A DNA stretch of 64,000 bases from an uncultured Candidatus Marinamargulisbacteria bacterium (GCA_903910705.1 CAIWAN010000104.1:2453-66452); one strand, 5' to 3'; shown: positions 49,853 to 59,743, numbered from the stretch's first letter. Notes: generated by a model not told the origin, from the sequence alone. Program-made: numbers and translations.

Positions 49853-51145
49853 TTAAATAAATATATCAGTGGCAGCACGTTCTATGGCTAACTTTAAAAT
49901 TTCACCATAAGAGGGATGGGGGGCAACCAGTGACGCAAGTGTCGACAGCGGAAACTTTTCCTGAATGGCAACCTGCATCAAGGGCACAAGGTCTTCGATA
50001 ACAACCCCAAACCCGTGAAATCCGAGCAAGCGATCATTTTGATGGATCAGACGAACCCACCCCTCACTGGATTCTTCCATCTGAGCTTTCCCGAGGACAT
50101 TATAGGAGGTGTTGGTGATGATAGCGCCTTTAGGTGTTTCGTTTGACTTAACCCCCACCGAGGCGACGGCTGGCAGGGAGTAGACCACATTTGGGATAGG
50201 TTTTTCGATGGGTTGTTTGTCATGAAGAAAGAAGTCAGCCAATTGAGCGGCTTGGTCGTTGGCGGCGTGAGCGAGGAGTGACCGTCCATTAATATCGCCA
50301 ATGGCATACCAATTAGGTTGGCTGGTTTGATAGGTCGCGCCGGTCTTGATGAAGCCGTTCTGGGTTAAATCGAGCGGCAGCATCTGGGCAGGCAATCGAG
50401 GCTTTCGACCTGTTGCGACAAGTACAGCATCGGCCAGAAAGAGTTCATCGGTCAGCGTTGCGCCTTCTATTACGGCTACTCGACTCAGCTTGAGTTGTCG
50501 TTTCACCTCTTTTGATAAATCGGCTTCGAGATTGCCTAAGATTGAAGGGGCGACTTCGACAAGGGTGACCTTACTTCCCAGTGCGCTAAAAATGAAGGCA
50601 AACTCAACCCCAATGGCGCCACCGCCAATAATGGTGATCGTTTTTGGGGTGGTGGTCAGAGAAAAAATGGTTTCATTGGTGAAGAGATTATGTTGTGCGG
50701 AATAGGCTTGCAGGGCGGGCGGTATCCATGGTGTTGTGCCGGTGGCAAGTACGCCCCGATCATAAGGGATCGTCATGCCTCCTGCGAGTGTGATGGAGGA
50801 GTTGTCAATCGAAACAACCGTATCGTTGATAACAGTGACGCCAACGCGTTGTAGGTCTTGTTCCATGGCGACTCGGAGTCGGCCGATCGTGCGAAAGGTT
50901 GCGGCTTGAATGGCCTCGAGCGTTAAGCTAGGGATAGACCCGACATCAAGCTTTAAGCCTTTTAAAGTTTTGGCGAGCTTGGCTTTTGCCAAATAAGCTT
51001 TGGTCGGGATACATCCAACATTTAAACAGGTCCCTCCCATGTGATTTGATTCGATAAGCGTGACAGATTGACCGTGCTTTCCTAAGCGGAGGGCAAGCTC
51101 GTGACCGGCTGGACCGCCACCAATGATGACGGTTTGATCAGCCAA
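49853..51145 (-). CDS. class I pyridine nucleotide-disulfide oxidoreductase, dihydrolipoyl dehydrogenase-like
   Basis: FAD fold VIIGGGPAGHELALRL. Redox-active disulfide GGTCLNVGCIPTK. Dimerisation domain with HPSYGE. 430 aa, slightly shorter than canonical Lpd. Confidence 0.75.
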   Translation of the reverse strand: MADQTVIIGGGPAGHELALRLGKHGQSVTLIESNHMGGTCLNVGCIPTKAYLAKAKLAKTLKGLKLDVGSIPSLTLEAIQAATFRTIGRLRVAMEQDLQRVGVTVINDTVVSIDNSSITLAGGMTIPYDRGVLATGTTPWIPPALQAYSAQHNLFTNETIFSLTTTPKTITIIGGGAIGVEFAFIFSALGSKVTLVEVAPSILGNLEADLSKEVKRQLKLSRVAVIEGATLTDELFLADAVLVATGRKPRLPAQMLPLDLTQNGFIKTGATYQTSQPNWYAIGDINGRSLLAHAANDQAAQLADFFLHDKQPIEKPIPNVVYSLPAVASVGVKSNETPKGAIITNTSYNVLGKAQMEESSEGWVRLIHQNDRLLGFHGFGVVIEDLVPLMQVAIQEKFPLSTLASLVAPHPSYGEILKLAIERAATDIFI

Positions 51146-51147
51146 CT

Positions 51148-52641
51148 TTAGTCTTCCTTTGCGTCGGGCTTGGTTTTTAAGTGAGGAAAAAGAAGCACAT
51201 CACGAATGGTTTGCGAATTGGTAAGCAACATCACCACACGGTCGATCCCAATGCCAAGTCCACCGGTGGGCGGCATGCCTTGTTCAAGGGCTTCTACAAA
51301 ATCGTCATCCATGCCGTGAGCTTCTTCGTCGCCGGCTTCTTTTTGTTTGAGCTGATCTTCAAACCGTTCGCGTTGATCAACGGGATCGTTCAACTCTGAA
51401 AAAGCATTGGCGATCTCGAGCGTATTAACGATCAATTCAAAGCGTTCAACAAGACCGGCTTTGCTGCGATGTTTTTTAGCGAGGGGTGAGGTCTCGATGG
51501 GGTAGTCGATAATATACGTGGGTTGAATAAGGTGATCTTCAACAAATTCGTCATAGAGATACATAATGAGCTGTCCTCGAGAGGTGTGGGTGGGGTCGAG
51601 CGGGATCTTTTTTTCCTTCATGGCGACTTGAAGAGCCTTGAAATCTTTACCCTCAATATTGATGCCTGCGTAGGTGTTGATCGCCTCAGCCATTGGCCAA
51701 CGCTTAAAGGGTGGCGTGAAGTCGATGGCAACATCCCCATAGGGCACCACATAGCTGCCGGTGATTTTTTTAGCGGCTTCGCTAAGGAGCGATTCCATCA
51801 ACTCCATCATATCGTTGACATCGGCGTAGGCCTGATACAATTCGAGTAGCGTGTACTCGGGGTTGTGTTTATAGGAAATGCCCTCGTTTCGGAAGACGCG
51901 ACCGATCTCGAAAACCTTTTCAAACCCACCCACGATGAGTCGTTTTAAATGAAGCTCTAAGGCAATGCGAAGGAACTGCTTCATATCTAAGGCGTTGTGA
52001 TGCGTAATGAAGGGCTTTGCTGCGGCGCCACCGGCCATCGTGTGAAGAACAGGGGTCTCAACCTCCATAAATCCCTTATTTTCGAGGAAGTGACGAATAA
52101 ACGAGACAATCAAACTCCGTTTTCGAAACACATCCATCACGTCAGGGTTGGCGATCAGGTCGACATATCGTTTTCGGTATCGAAGTTCTCGGTCTGACAG
52201 TCCGTGGAACTTTTCAGGAAGCGGGTTGAGTGCCTTTGACAGCAAGGTAAAGGACTGGACTTTGAGGGTGAGTTCTCCGGTGTGGGTAATAAAGGCAACG
52301 CCAGAGACGCCTACAATGTCGCCAACATCGAGGGTTCGGTATAAAGCGTAGAGGTCTTCACCGACCACATCAAGCTTCGTATAAATTTGCAGTTGGCCCG
52401 TTTCGTCTTGTAAATGGCCAAAGGACGCTTTTCCGTGACCGCGCTTCGTGATGAGACGCCCCGCTGTAACGAGGACGACGGTGGATTCTTTGTCGGATTC
52501 AAGGGTTGCATATTTTTGACGAATATCCGAAAGCGACCATTCTTTCTTATAGTAAACCGGATAAGGGTTTATGCCTTGGTCAATTAAGGTTTGTCGTTTC
52601 TCGCGTCGGATTGAAAACTCGTCTAAAGGTGATGTGTTCAT
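51148..52641 (-). CDS. lysS: lysyl-tRNA synthetase (class II)
   Basis: N-terminal OB anticodon-binding domain. Class II motifs 1-3 including FRNEGISYKHNPEYT and GGLGIGIDRVVMLLT. 497 aa. Confidence 0.95.
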   Translation of the reverse strand: MNTSPLDEFSIRREKRQTLIDQGINPYPVYYKKEWSLSDIRQKYATLESDKESTVVLVTAGRLITKRGHGKASFGHLQDETGQLQIYTKLDVVGEDLYALYRTLDVGDIVGVSGVAFITHTGELTLKVQSFTLLSKALNPLPEKFHGLSDRELRYRKRYVDLIANPDVMDVFRKRSLIVSFIRHFLENKGFMEVETPVLHTMAGGAAAKPFITHHNALDMKQFLRIALELHLKRLIVGGFEKVFEIGRVFRNEGISYKHNPEYTLLELYQAYADVNDMMELMESLLSEAAKKITGSYVVPYGDVAIDFTPPFKRWPMAEAINTYAGINIEGKDFKALQVAMKEKKIPLDPTHTSRGQLIMYLYDEFVEDHLIQPTYIIDYPIETSPLAKKHRSKAGLVERFELIVNTLEIANAFSELNDPVDQRERFEDQLKQKEAGDEEAHGMDDDFVEALEQGMPPTGGLGIGIDRVVMLLTNSQTIRDVLLFPHLKTKPDAKED

Positions 52642-52700
52642 GGGAGGGCATTATACTGGGTCTTGGGGGTTTACGCCAAGTCGGGGTATACTTTACTTAT

Positions 52701-53531
52701 ATGACTGACTATGAAGACCGAGAGGAAATGATCGATATCCCAACGCCCAGAAGGCGTAAGCCTAATTTCACCAAGAAAACGTGGCTCATTATCGGGGGCA
52801 TAATTGTGAGCGGTTTGCTCCTAGGTCTGCTTTATTCTCAGTTTATGTTTTTCGTTACGGGCATCCCCGAGACCAAAGTTCCCAATGTCGTCGGGATGGA
52901 AGAAGATGAGGCCGTCGCCGTTCTTCGTGAATTTAAATTGGAGTCTTTTTTGATCGGCAAACGATTCTCGGATGAGGTTTCCATGAATCGTGTGGTGGTG
53001 ACAAATCCCGAAATTGGCAGCAAAGTCAAAGCCGGACGAAAGATCGGCTATATCCTCAGCATGGGTCCCGACTCAGGGGAGGTTCCCGATTTTCGAGGGA
53101 AAACGGTTGAGGAAGTCATGGAGCTATTAAAAGAGAAACCCTATCAGATCCAAAAGGCAGGTGAGATCTACTCTTCAGACTTTGCAGAGGGTAAAATTGT
53201 TTCACAAGATCCCCAAGCAGGGTCTTATTTTCAAGAAAATACCGTGATCCGACTTTGGTTCTCGAAGGGATACCCTGTTTCGATCACGCTGAGTCCGGTT
53301 GGTCCAGAAAGCCCGAAGGTCTTGGCGAAGATCGACCTCAAGGTGATCGATCCAACCAACAAAACGCAAGTGAAGATCATCTCTATTCGGGGGGCGGATC
53401 GTGAGGTTCTTTATAATGAGTTGGTCGTTCCCGGCAAAGAATTGTACTTTGAGATCGAACAAATTGTGGGGTCTCGACTTGAGATTTATTACAATAATGA
53501 GCTCGCAGCGGGTCAAGACCTTCTCTTGTAG
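52701..53531 (+). CDS. membrane-anchored PASTA-domain protein without a kinase domain
   Basis: Short cytoplasmic N-terminus, TM helix WLIIGGIIVSGLLLGLLYSQFMFFV, then PASTA repeats (VPNVVGMEEDEAVAVL..., VPDFRGKTVEEVMELL...). Start at the ATG at 52701; the ORF-track N-terminal extension overlaps the lysS promoter region. Confidence 0.7.
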   Translation: MTDYEDREEMIDIPTPRRRKPNFTKKTWLIIGGIIVSGLLLGLLYSQFMFFVTGIPETKVPNVVGMEEDEAVAVLREFKLESFLIGKRFSDEVSMNRVVVTNPEIGSKVKAGRKIGYILSMGPDSGEVPDFRGKTVEEVMELLKEKPYQIQKAGEIYSSDFAEGKIVSQDPQAGSYFQENTVIRLWFSKGYPVSITLSPVGPESPKVLAKIDLKVIDPTNKTQVKIISIRGADREVLYNELVVPGKELYFEIEQIVGSRLEIYYNNELAAGQDLLL

Positions 53532-53534
53532 CCT

Positions 53535-54410
53535 TTGAATACTCAAACCGGAACCGTTCTTCGGGTTTTTAACACACTCTTTGACGTTGCTTTTCCCGAT
53601 TCGGCCCACCCCGTGGTTTGTCATAAGAAAAAGTCGGTGAAGGTTCTCTTTCCCGGAGACCGTGTTCTTGTTGAGCGAGACGAGCATCAAGCTCAGATTA
53701 CAGAGATTATCCCTCGCAAGAACCTCATTCCCCACCCGCGCATTGCTAATGTCGACGGCATTCTCTATATGGTGGCAGCAAAAGAGCCTCAGCCCGATGG
53801 CTGGATCATCGACCAATTTCTTCATTATTGGCAAATCAATGGGGTTCCGGTAACCATGTTGGTGAACAAAACTGATCTCATGGACGAGTCGTCCGCACGC
53901 CTCTTTAACCACTATGAGCGATTAGATGTTTCCATCCTTTATTTGGAGGCACTTCGGATCTCCGAAAAGGGGCTTTTGTCCGTTCTTGAACGGATTCAGA
54001 ATAAAACCGTGATGCTTGCAGGACAATCTGGGGTGGGTAAGTCTACGCTACTTCGATCGCTTGTTCCAGAAAGCGATGCTTTAACCGGATATGTCTCTAA
54101 AAAGAATCAACGAGGACGTCAAACCACCAAGCAAGCTAGCCTACATTATTGTCATCAAGCATCCGCGCAAGTCGTTGATACGCCTGGGTTTTCGATGGTT
54201 GATCCGACCGTGTTCACCCTTCAGTCAACGCAGCAATATTATTATGATGTTTTGCAGGTCTCAGGGCAGTGCCGGTTCCCCAATTGTCGCCATATTCATG
54301 AGCCGGATTGTGCGGTAAAACAGTCCTTGGAACGGGGAGAGATCTTTGATTTTCGGTATCAAAACTATTTGAAGACCCTTCGCTTGCTTGAAAAGAACCA
54401 AAAATGGTGA
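53535..54410 (+). CDS. rsgA: ribosome small-subunit-dependent GTPase A
   Basis: Circularly permuted GTPase: NKTDL before G1 LAGQSGVGKSTLLRSL. C-terminal Zn finger CRFPNCRHIHEPDCAV. Confidence 0.9.
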   Translation: MNTQTGTVLRVFNTLFDVAFPDSAHPVVCHKKKSVKVLFPGDRVLVERDEHQAQITEIIPRKNLIPHPRIANVDGILYMVAAKEPQPDGWIIDQFLHYWQINGVPVTMLVNKTDLMDESSARLFNHYERLDVSILYLEALRISEKGLLSVLERIQNKTVMLAGQSGVGKSTLLRSLVPESDALTGYVSKKNQRGRQTTKQASLHYCHQASAQVVDTPGFSMVDPTVFTLQSTQQYYYDVLQVSGQCRFPNCRHIHEPDCAVKQSLERGEIFDFRYQNYLKTLRLLEKNQKW

Positions 54411-54422
54411 GATTATAAAATC

Positions 54423-55073
54423 ATGATCAAAGTTGCCCCCTCGTTATTGTCAGCCGATTTTAATGACTTAGCCGGTACCGTAAAGGCGCTCGAAAACGCG
54501 GGTGCGGATTATCTTCATGTTGATGTGATGGATGGTCGTTTTGTTCCAAACATTACATTTGGCCCTGTTGTTTTTAAGTATATTCGAAAGATGACGACAT
54601 GTTTGCTTGATGTTCATCTCATGATCCTAGAGCCCGAAAAATATATCCCTGATTGGATCGAGATCGGAGCCAATATTGTTTCGGTTCATGTCGAATCGAC
54701 GGTTCATTTAGATCGAGCCCTGAGTTTGGTTCGACATTTAGGGGCGAAACCCTCTGTTGTCGTCAATCCTGCGACACCTATTGAAGCCGTCTTTCCTGTG
54801 CTTTCGATCGTTGACCAAGTCTTGGTCATGAGCGTTAATCCTGGGTTCGGTGGGCAGCGATTTATTCCGTACACCCTCGACAAGATCCGTTCGCTTCGAC
54901 AAGAAATAGACCGTCGTCAGCTAGAGGTAGACATTCAAATCGATGGTGGGGTCACCGAAATGAACGCCAAGTCGCTCTTAGAGGCCGGCGTTAACGTCTT
55001 GGTTGCCGGTTCTGCTATTTTTCAAAGCCATAATATGGCCGCCACAATAAAGGCTTTAAAATCCCCACTATGA
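54423..55073 (+). CDS. rpe: ribulose-phosphate 3-epimerase
   Basis: MIKVAPSLLSADF...HVDVMDGRFVPNITFGP are RPE motifs. 216 aa. Confidence 0.9.
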   Translation: MIKVAPSLLSADFNDLAGTVKALENAGADYLHVDVMDGRFVPNITFGPVVFKYIRKMTTCLLDVHLMILEPEKYIPDWIEIGANIVSVHVESTVHLDRALSLVRHLGAKPSVVVNPATPIEAVFPVLSIVDQVLVMSVNPGFGGQRFIPYTLDKIRSLRQEIDRRQLEVDIQIDGGVTEMNAKSLLEAGVNVLVAGSAIFQSHNMAATIKALKSPL

Positions 55074-56179
55074 TCGACGCTCATCACGATGAGCAGTGGA
55101 TGAGATTGGCACTTCGCCTCGCACGACGAGCACAAGGCAACGTTGCGCCCAATCCTCTTGTGGGGGCTGTGATCGTTAAGGATGGACGCTTGATCTCGAC
55201 GGGGTATCACAAAAAACAAGGAACGGCGCATGCTGAAGTGGTCGCGATTGTCGAAGCCGGCGAACGAGCACAAGGTGCAACGATTTATGTGACCCTTGAG
55301 CCTTGCTGTCATTGGGGTTCAACCCCTCCCTGTACAAAGTCCATTATTGATGCTGGTCTTTCGAGGGTGGTTTTTGCTCAAACAGATCCCAATCCAAAGG
55401 TGAGACAATGTGATTCAAAAAAAATTCTAATGGATGCAGGTATTCTTGTTCACTCGGGCGTTCTTTCTGCTCAGGCAGAGGAGATGAATCGTTTTTTTAA
55501 TACGAGTATTTTGACGGGGATTCCTTATGTCACCCTGAAACTGGGGTTGACCCTAGATGGAATGATCGCCGATCGGTACGGGGCGAGTAAGTGGATAACG
55601 AGTGAGCGTTCTCGACACTATGTTCAACGCCTTCGTCGACAGCATGATGCCATATTAGTCGGAATTGGGACGGTGTTGGCCGATGATCCTGAGTTGACGG
55701 TGCGCGATCGCAAAACAAAACAGCCGATCCGCGTCGTGCTTGATCCCCAGCTTGATATTCCTCTCAAGGCCAAGTTACTCAAGGCTTCCGGTCAAACGAT
55801 CTTGGTTGTACAAAAATTGTGCGAAGACAGTGAGAAAGCGAAGAATCTTCGAAATCGAGGGGTCGTCGTTTTGGGTCTTGACCTTACCAATAAACAATTT
55901 TCTATCGAGGAATTATTGGTTTCGCTCTCAAAGCAAGGTGTTTGGAGTGTTTTGGTCGAAGGTGGGGGGGGGGTCGCTCAGGCTTTTGAGCAATCAGGCC
56001 GGATCAATCGGTATGTCTTTTTTCAAGCCCCTAAAATTATGGCGGATAATTTAGCGAAACATGGGTTTTCTGGGAACTGGGATCATCCGCTGTCTTGCGT
56101 CTCAGCATTAACGTTGCTCGATGTGCGTCGATTTGGAGAGGATGTCATGCTCGTATACGAACCCAAAAAAGTGAGCTAA
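55070..56179 (+). CDS. ribD: bifunctional riboflavin biosynthesis deaminase/reductase RibD
   Basis: CMP/dCMP deaminase Zn motif HAEVVAI...TLEPCCHWGSTPPC plus a C-terminal RibD reductase domain. 369 aa. Confidence 0.9.
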   Translation: MIDAHHDEQWMRLALRLARRAQGNVAPNPLVGAVIVKDGRLISTGYHKKQGTAHAEVVAIVEAGERAQGATIYVTLEPCCHWGSTPPCTKSIIDAGLSRVVFAQTDPNPKVRQCDSKKILMDAGILVHSGVLSAQAEEMNRFFNTSILTGIPYVTLKLGLTLDGMIADRYGASKWITSERSRHYVQRLRRQHDAILVGIGTVLADDPELTVRDRKTKQPIRVVLDPQLDIPLKAKLLKASGQTILVVQKLCEDSEKAKNLRNRGVVVLGLDLTNKQFSIEELLVSLSKQGVWSVLVEGGGGVAQAFEQSGRINRYVFFQAPKIMADNLAKHGFSGNWDHPLSCVSALTLLDVRRFGEDVMLVYEPKKVS

Positions 56180-56188
56180 GATTAATCT

Positions 56189-56563
56189 ATGCTTAGAGGA
56201 ATACGTGGGGCTATTTCTGTTGAACACAACACACGGGAGGATATCCTTGTCCGAACGGAAGAGTTGCTTCGGGAAATGCTTCAACGCAACGACCTCGATC
56301 TGACGCGGATCGCCAGTGTATTTTTTACCCTAACCGCCGACCTAAATGCTGAATTTCCGGCCGTAGCGGCGAGGTTGATGGGCTGGACGACCATTCCCTT
56401 GATGTGTGTCAAAGAAATTGATGTCCCTGGGGCGTTGCCACGATGTATCCGCGTTTTGATCCATTATAATGCCGAAGATAATCAGGCGTTGACCCCTGTT
56501 TATCTGGGTCAGGCACTTCAACTTAGAAAAGATTTGCTGCCCGACGTGGGAGTGTTAGGGTGA
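56189..56563 (+). CDS. aroH: chorismate mutase, AroH class
   Basis: MLRGIRGAISVEHNT start and an overall 124-aa trimeric AroH-type fold, as in B. subtilis AroH. Confidence 0.8.
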   Translation: MLRGIRGAISVEHNTREDILVRTEELLREMLQRNDLDLTRIASVFFTLTADLNAEFPAVAARLMGWTTIPLMCVKEIDVPGALPRCIRVLIHYNAEDNQALTPVYLGQALQLRKDLLPDVGVLG

Positions 56564-57438
56564 AGGTCTGTATTGTCGGGTTGGGTTTGATCGGAGCTTC
56601 TTTAGCTTGGCAGCTTAAAGCAAAGGGACACACCGTTACTGGTATTGCAAGGCGGCAAGAAACACTCGATTTGGCCATTAGTCGAAAGGTGATCGATAAG
56701 GGATATGTGGAGGTTTGTCCTTCAGCCCTTCAGGTTGATCTTGTTATCGTTGCCTTACCCCTTGAATTAATCGTTTCAACTATTCTTCAGATTGAGGGTT
56801 GCTTATCAGCGCCCACAATCGTCATCGATGTCGGAAGCGTAAAAACTCAAATCATGAAGGACCTCGAAACGAGAAACCTCAATAAAACAATCTTTGTGGG
56901 GGGCCATCCCATGGCAGGGTCTGAAAAGACGGGCATCGATAACTTTCAAAAAGAGCTGTTTAAGAACAAACCCTTTATCGTTTGTTATCCAAGTATACCC
57001 GTACGTTTAAAAGCAACCAAGATCATAATGGAGTTGGTTCGAGAGCTTGAAGCCCGATATCTCGAACTTTCAGCCGAGGAACATGATCGACAGGTCGCCA
57101 TTATTTCGCATTTACCCTATCTCATGGCGAATATATTGTTTAATCTTTATTTGAAAGATGAAAAGACACTCAAACAAGTCGCCTCGACAGGGTTTATGGA
57201 TACGACCCGAGTGGCTCACTCTGATCCTTTGTGGGGCGCGATGGTCGTTTTAATGAACAAGCAATCGTTGATCCCTCAAATCGATGCGGTGATTTCATCG
57301 CTTCAGTCCTTAAAGGCGGATATATTAACCATTGACCCAAAGGCGCTCTTTAAGCGATTTAATGTTGATCATGTTAACGAAGATCCTGCAAAGATAGAGC
57401 TTATAAAAAAATGGATACAGGAATATCCCAAGGCTTAA
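56560..57438 (+). CDS. tyrA: prephenate dehydrogenase
   Basis: Rossmann MKVCIVGLGLIGASLA, catalytic His region HPMAGSE. 292 aa. Confidence 0.85.
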   Translation: MKVCIVGLGLIGASLAWQLKAKGHTVTGIARRQETLDLAISRKVIDKGYVEVCPSALQVDLVIVALPLELIVSTILQIEGCLSAPTIVIDVGSVKTQIMKDLETRNLNKTIFVGGHPMAGSEKTGIDNFQKELFKNKPFIVCYPSIPVRLKATKIIMELVRELEARYLELSAEEHDRQVAIISHLPYLMANILFNLYLKDEKTLKQVASTGFMDTTRVAHSDPLWGAMVVLMNKQSLIPQIDAVISSLQSLKADILTIDPKALFKRFNVDHVNEDPAKIELIKKWIQEYPKA

Positions 57439-57513
57439 ACTTTTTCTTGTAAAAACGACCATAGGTCGATATGATTGCTAAACATTCAGCCAATTCTATG
57501 AATGTCTTGTTTT

Positions 57514-57605
57514 GGAGGGTTACCCAAGAGGCTGAAGGGGCGGGTTTGCTAAACCTGTAGGGTGGTTATACCGCCGCGAGAGTTCGAATCTCTCACCCTC
57601 CGCCA
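57514..57605 (+). tRNA. tRNA-Ser (anticodon GCU)
   Basis: Acceptor GGAGGGT/ACCCTCC. 3-bp D stem. Anticodon loop TTGCTAA. Long variable arm. T-loop TTCGAAT. 3' GCCA. Confidence 0.85.
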
Positions 57606-57622
57606 GTTAATGAATACGAAAG

Positions 57623-57895
57623 TTGAGTGCTCAAATTAACGACCATTCATTATTTCTTTATGCCCTGAGTACTTGTGGATGGTGCAAAAAAACAAAACAA
57701 CTCCTTTCCGAATTATCCTTAGCCTACGATTTCATCGATGTGGACTTGTTGTCAGGTGATGAACAAGATGTCATCATCGCTGACCTGGAGCGATGGAATC
57801 CGGACGGATCTTTTCCCACCTTGGTCGTTGATAATCGTTTTAGCATTAATGGCTATCAACCCGAGCAGATCTCTGAGTTAAAGCAATCACGCTAA
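57623..57895 (+). CDS. thioredoxin-fold protein, glutaredoxin/NrdH-like (CGWC active site)
   Basis: 90 aa. LFLYALSTCGWCKKTKQLL...FPTLVVDNRFSINGY carries a redox CxxC in a glutaredoxin-like beta-alpha-beta context. Confidence 0.6.
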   Translation: MSAQINDHSLFLYALSTCGWCKKTKQLLSELSLAYDFIDVDLLSGDEQDVIIADLERWNPDGSFPTLVVDNRFSINGYQPEQISELKQSR

Positions 57896-58197
57896 TGGCG
57901 GCTATCTCAAAACAAAACGCCGTGATGATGAATCCTAACGAAACTCTAACCCATGAATTGCTTGAAGGGCTAGCTATTAATCAACGTCGATATGGCTATC
58001 GCGCTTGTCCCTGTCGATTGGCAAAAGGGACGATCGAGAGTGACCGTGATATCGTTTGTCCCTGCAACTATCGCGATCAAGACGTTGCCGAATTTGGGTC
58101 GTGCTACTGCGGCCTTTTTGTGAGCCCGCGCTTCATCGAGAGTGGGCTACCCTTAAAGTCTATTCCTGAAAGACGAAAGAACCATGGACCACATTAA
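57895..58197 (+). CDS. ferredoxin:thioredoxin reductase catalytic-subunit-like protein (FtrC family)
   Basis: 100 aa with the Cys pattern CPC-x14-CPC-x12-CYC. The FTR catalytic-chain signature is CPC...CPC...CHC. The ATG overlaps the stop of the upstream thioredoxin-fold gene. Confidence 0.55.
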   Translation: MAAISKQNAVMMNPNETLTHELLEGLAINQRRYGYRACPCRLAKGTIESDRDIVCPCNYRDQDVAEFGSCYCGLFVSPRFIESGLPLKSIPERRKNHGPH

Positions 58198-59743
58198 TAC
58201 TGATATTCTCATTATTGGTTCCGGTATAGCGGGCTTATATTGTGCGCTGAGTTGCCCTAAACATCTGTCCGTCACCATCGTGACAAAATCGCGCCTCCAA
58301 GGCGGAAACAGCTACTATGCGCAAGGCGGTATCGCCATGGCTGTTGCCAAAGAAGATAATGCAGAAATGCATAAACAGGACACCTTGAAGACGGGGTGTC
58401 GATTGTCCGACGAGGCGGCTGTCGATATTCTGGTGAGTGAAGGCCCCGTTTTACTGGAACATTTGCTTGAGTTGGGGGTTCCGTTTACGCGCTTAACCTC
58501 TGGCGGATTGGAATTGCTTAAAGAAGGGGCCCATTCTCGTCGTCGCGTCCTTCATATTCAAGACGAAACAGGCCGTTTTCTAGAGCAAAACCTGATCCAT
58601 CACGTTCGTCGTCAAAACAATATCACGGTGCTTGAGAATCATCACCTGTCTTCGTTGATGATTCAGGATGGCGTCTGCTTGGGTGCCTATATATTGAGCG
58701 AAAAGGAGCGCATACTCTGTATTCAAGCCCAATCAACGGTTCTTGCAACGGGTGGGGCCTCTGCCGTTTACGCAAAAAGCACGAATTGGAGTGGGGCGAT
58801 AGGGGATGGCGTGGTGGCCGCCTTTGATGCTGGGGCAGACGTGCGCGACATGGAGTTTATTCAGTTCCACCCGACGGCGGTCGATTTCGGTCGAGGGAAA
58901 AGACGGTATTTTCTGATCTCTGAATCCGTTCGTGGCGAAGGGGCCTTTGTCGTGGATGAAACAGGGAATCGTTTCTTGTTTGACTATGACTCGCGAGGTG
59001 AGTTAGCTTCACGAGATGAAGTGGCCAGAGCTTTGGCATCTCATGCGGCAAAGGGACATGCCATCTTCTTGGATTGTCGCCCGATCGGCCCTCAATTTCC
59101 GGTCAGATTCCCCGGAATCTATACAACCTGTTTAGAGAAAGGCCTTGATGCGACGGTTGATCTGATCCCGATCGGCCCAGTCGCGCATTACATGATCGGG
59201 GGGATCTCGACCACACCCGAGGGACAAACTTCTATTCCAAGTTTATATGCCTGTGGGGAGGTTGCCTCGACAGGCATCCATGGCGCCAATCGACTGGCGA
59301 GCAATTCACTGTTGGAGTGTTTGGTTTTTGGTCATCGTGTTGCGCGCGACATTGCGGATCAACCACTGATAAAAAAGGCGTTCAAAAAGACGGTCGTTCC
59401 CGTGATTTCGGATATCTCAACCTTAGGAAGAACCGCTAGGCAAGCAAAACGGATAAAACAAATGATGTATGAGCAGGTTGGCATTGTTCGGGAAGAGCAA
59501 AGTCTCATAAAAACGTTAAGCTATATTGAGGCAACGTTGGCTCCGTTCAACACATTAAAGGCAACGATATTGAGCCTCAATGCCGCGAACATCAGAAACC
59601 AGTTAATGGTGTCAAGATTGATCGTTCAGGCAGCCTTATCGCGAAAAGAAAGTCGTGGGACGCATTTCAGGAGCGACTATTCCGAAACGAATGCTGATTT
59701 AGACTATATCCATACCCTTAGCGCGAAACCGGTAGTTCAATAA
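58184..59743 (+). CDS. nadB: L-aspartate oxidase
   Basis: FAD motif ILIIGSGIAGLYCAL. Succinate-dehydrogenase/fumarate-reductase flavoprotein fold motifs (HYMIGGI, ARG/His active-site region). 519 aa. Confidence 0.9.
   Translation: MDHINTDILIIGSGIAGLYCALSCPKHLSVTIVTKSRLQGGNSYYAQGGIAMAVAKEDNAEMHKQDTLKTGCRLSDEAAVDILVSEGPVLLEHLLELGVPFTRLTSGGLELLKEGAHSRRRVLHIQDETGRFLEQNLIHHVRRQNNITVLENHHLSSLMIQDGVCLGAYILSEKERILCIQAQSTVLATGGASAVYAKSTNWSGAIGDGVVAAFDAGADVRDMEFIQFHPTAVDFGRGKRRYFLISESVRGEGAFVVDETGNRFLFDYDSRGELASRDEVARALASHAAKGHAIFLDCRPIGPQFPVRFPGIYTTCLEKGLDATVDLIPIGPVAHYMIGGISTTPEGQTSIPSLYACGEVASTGIHGANRLASNSLLECLVFGHRVARDIADQPLIKKAFKKTVVPVISDISTLGRTARQAKRIKQMMYEQVGIVREEQSLIKTLSYIEATLAPFNTLKATILSLNAANIRNQLMVSRLIVQAALSRKESRGTHFRSDYSETNADLDYIHTLSAKPVVQ

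Noticed and set aside
52506-52700. 65-codon upstream extension of the PASTA-protein ORF overlapping the lysS N-terminus
   Set aside because: It overlaps lysS coding sequence on the opposite strand. The hydrophilic N-terminus MTDYEDREEM followed by the TM helix begins at the internal ATG at 52701.
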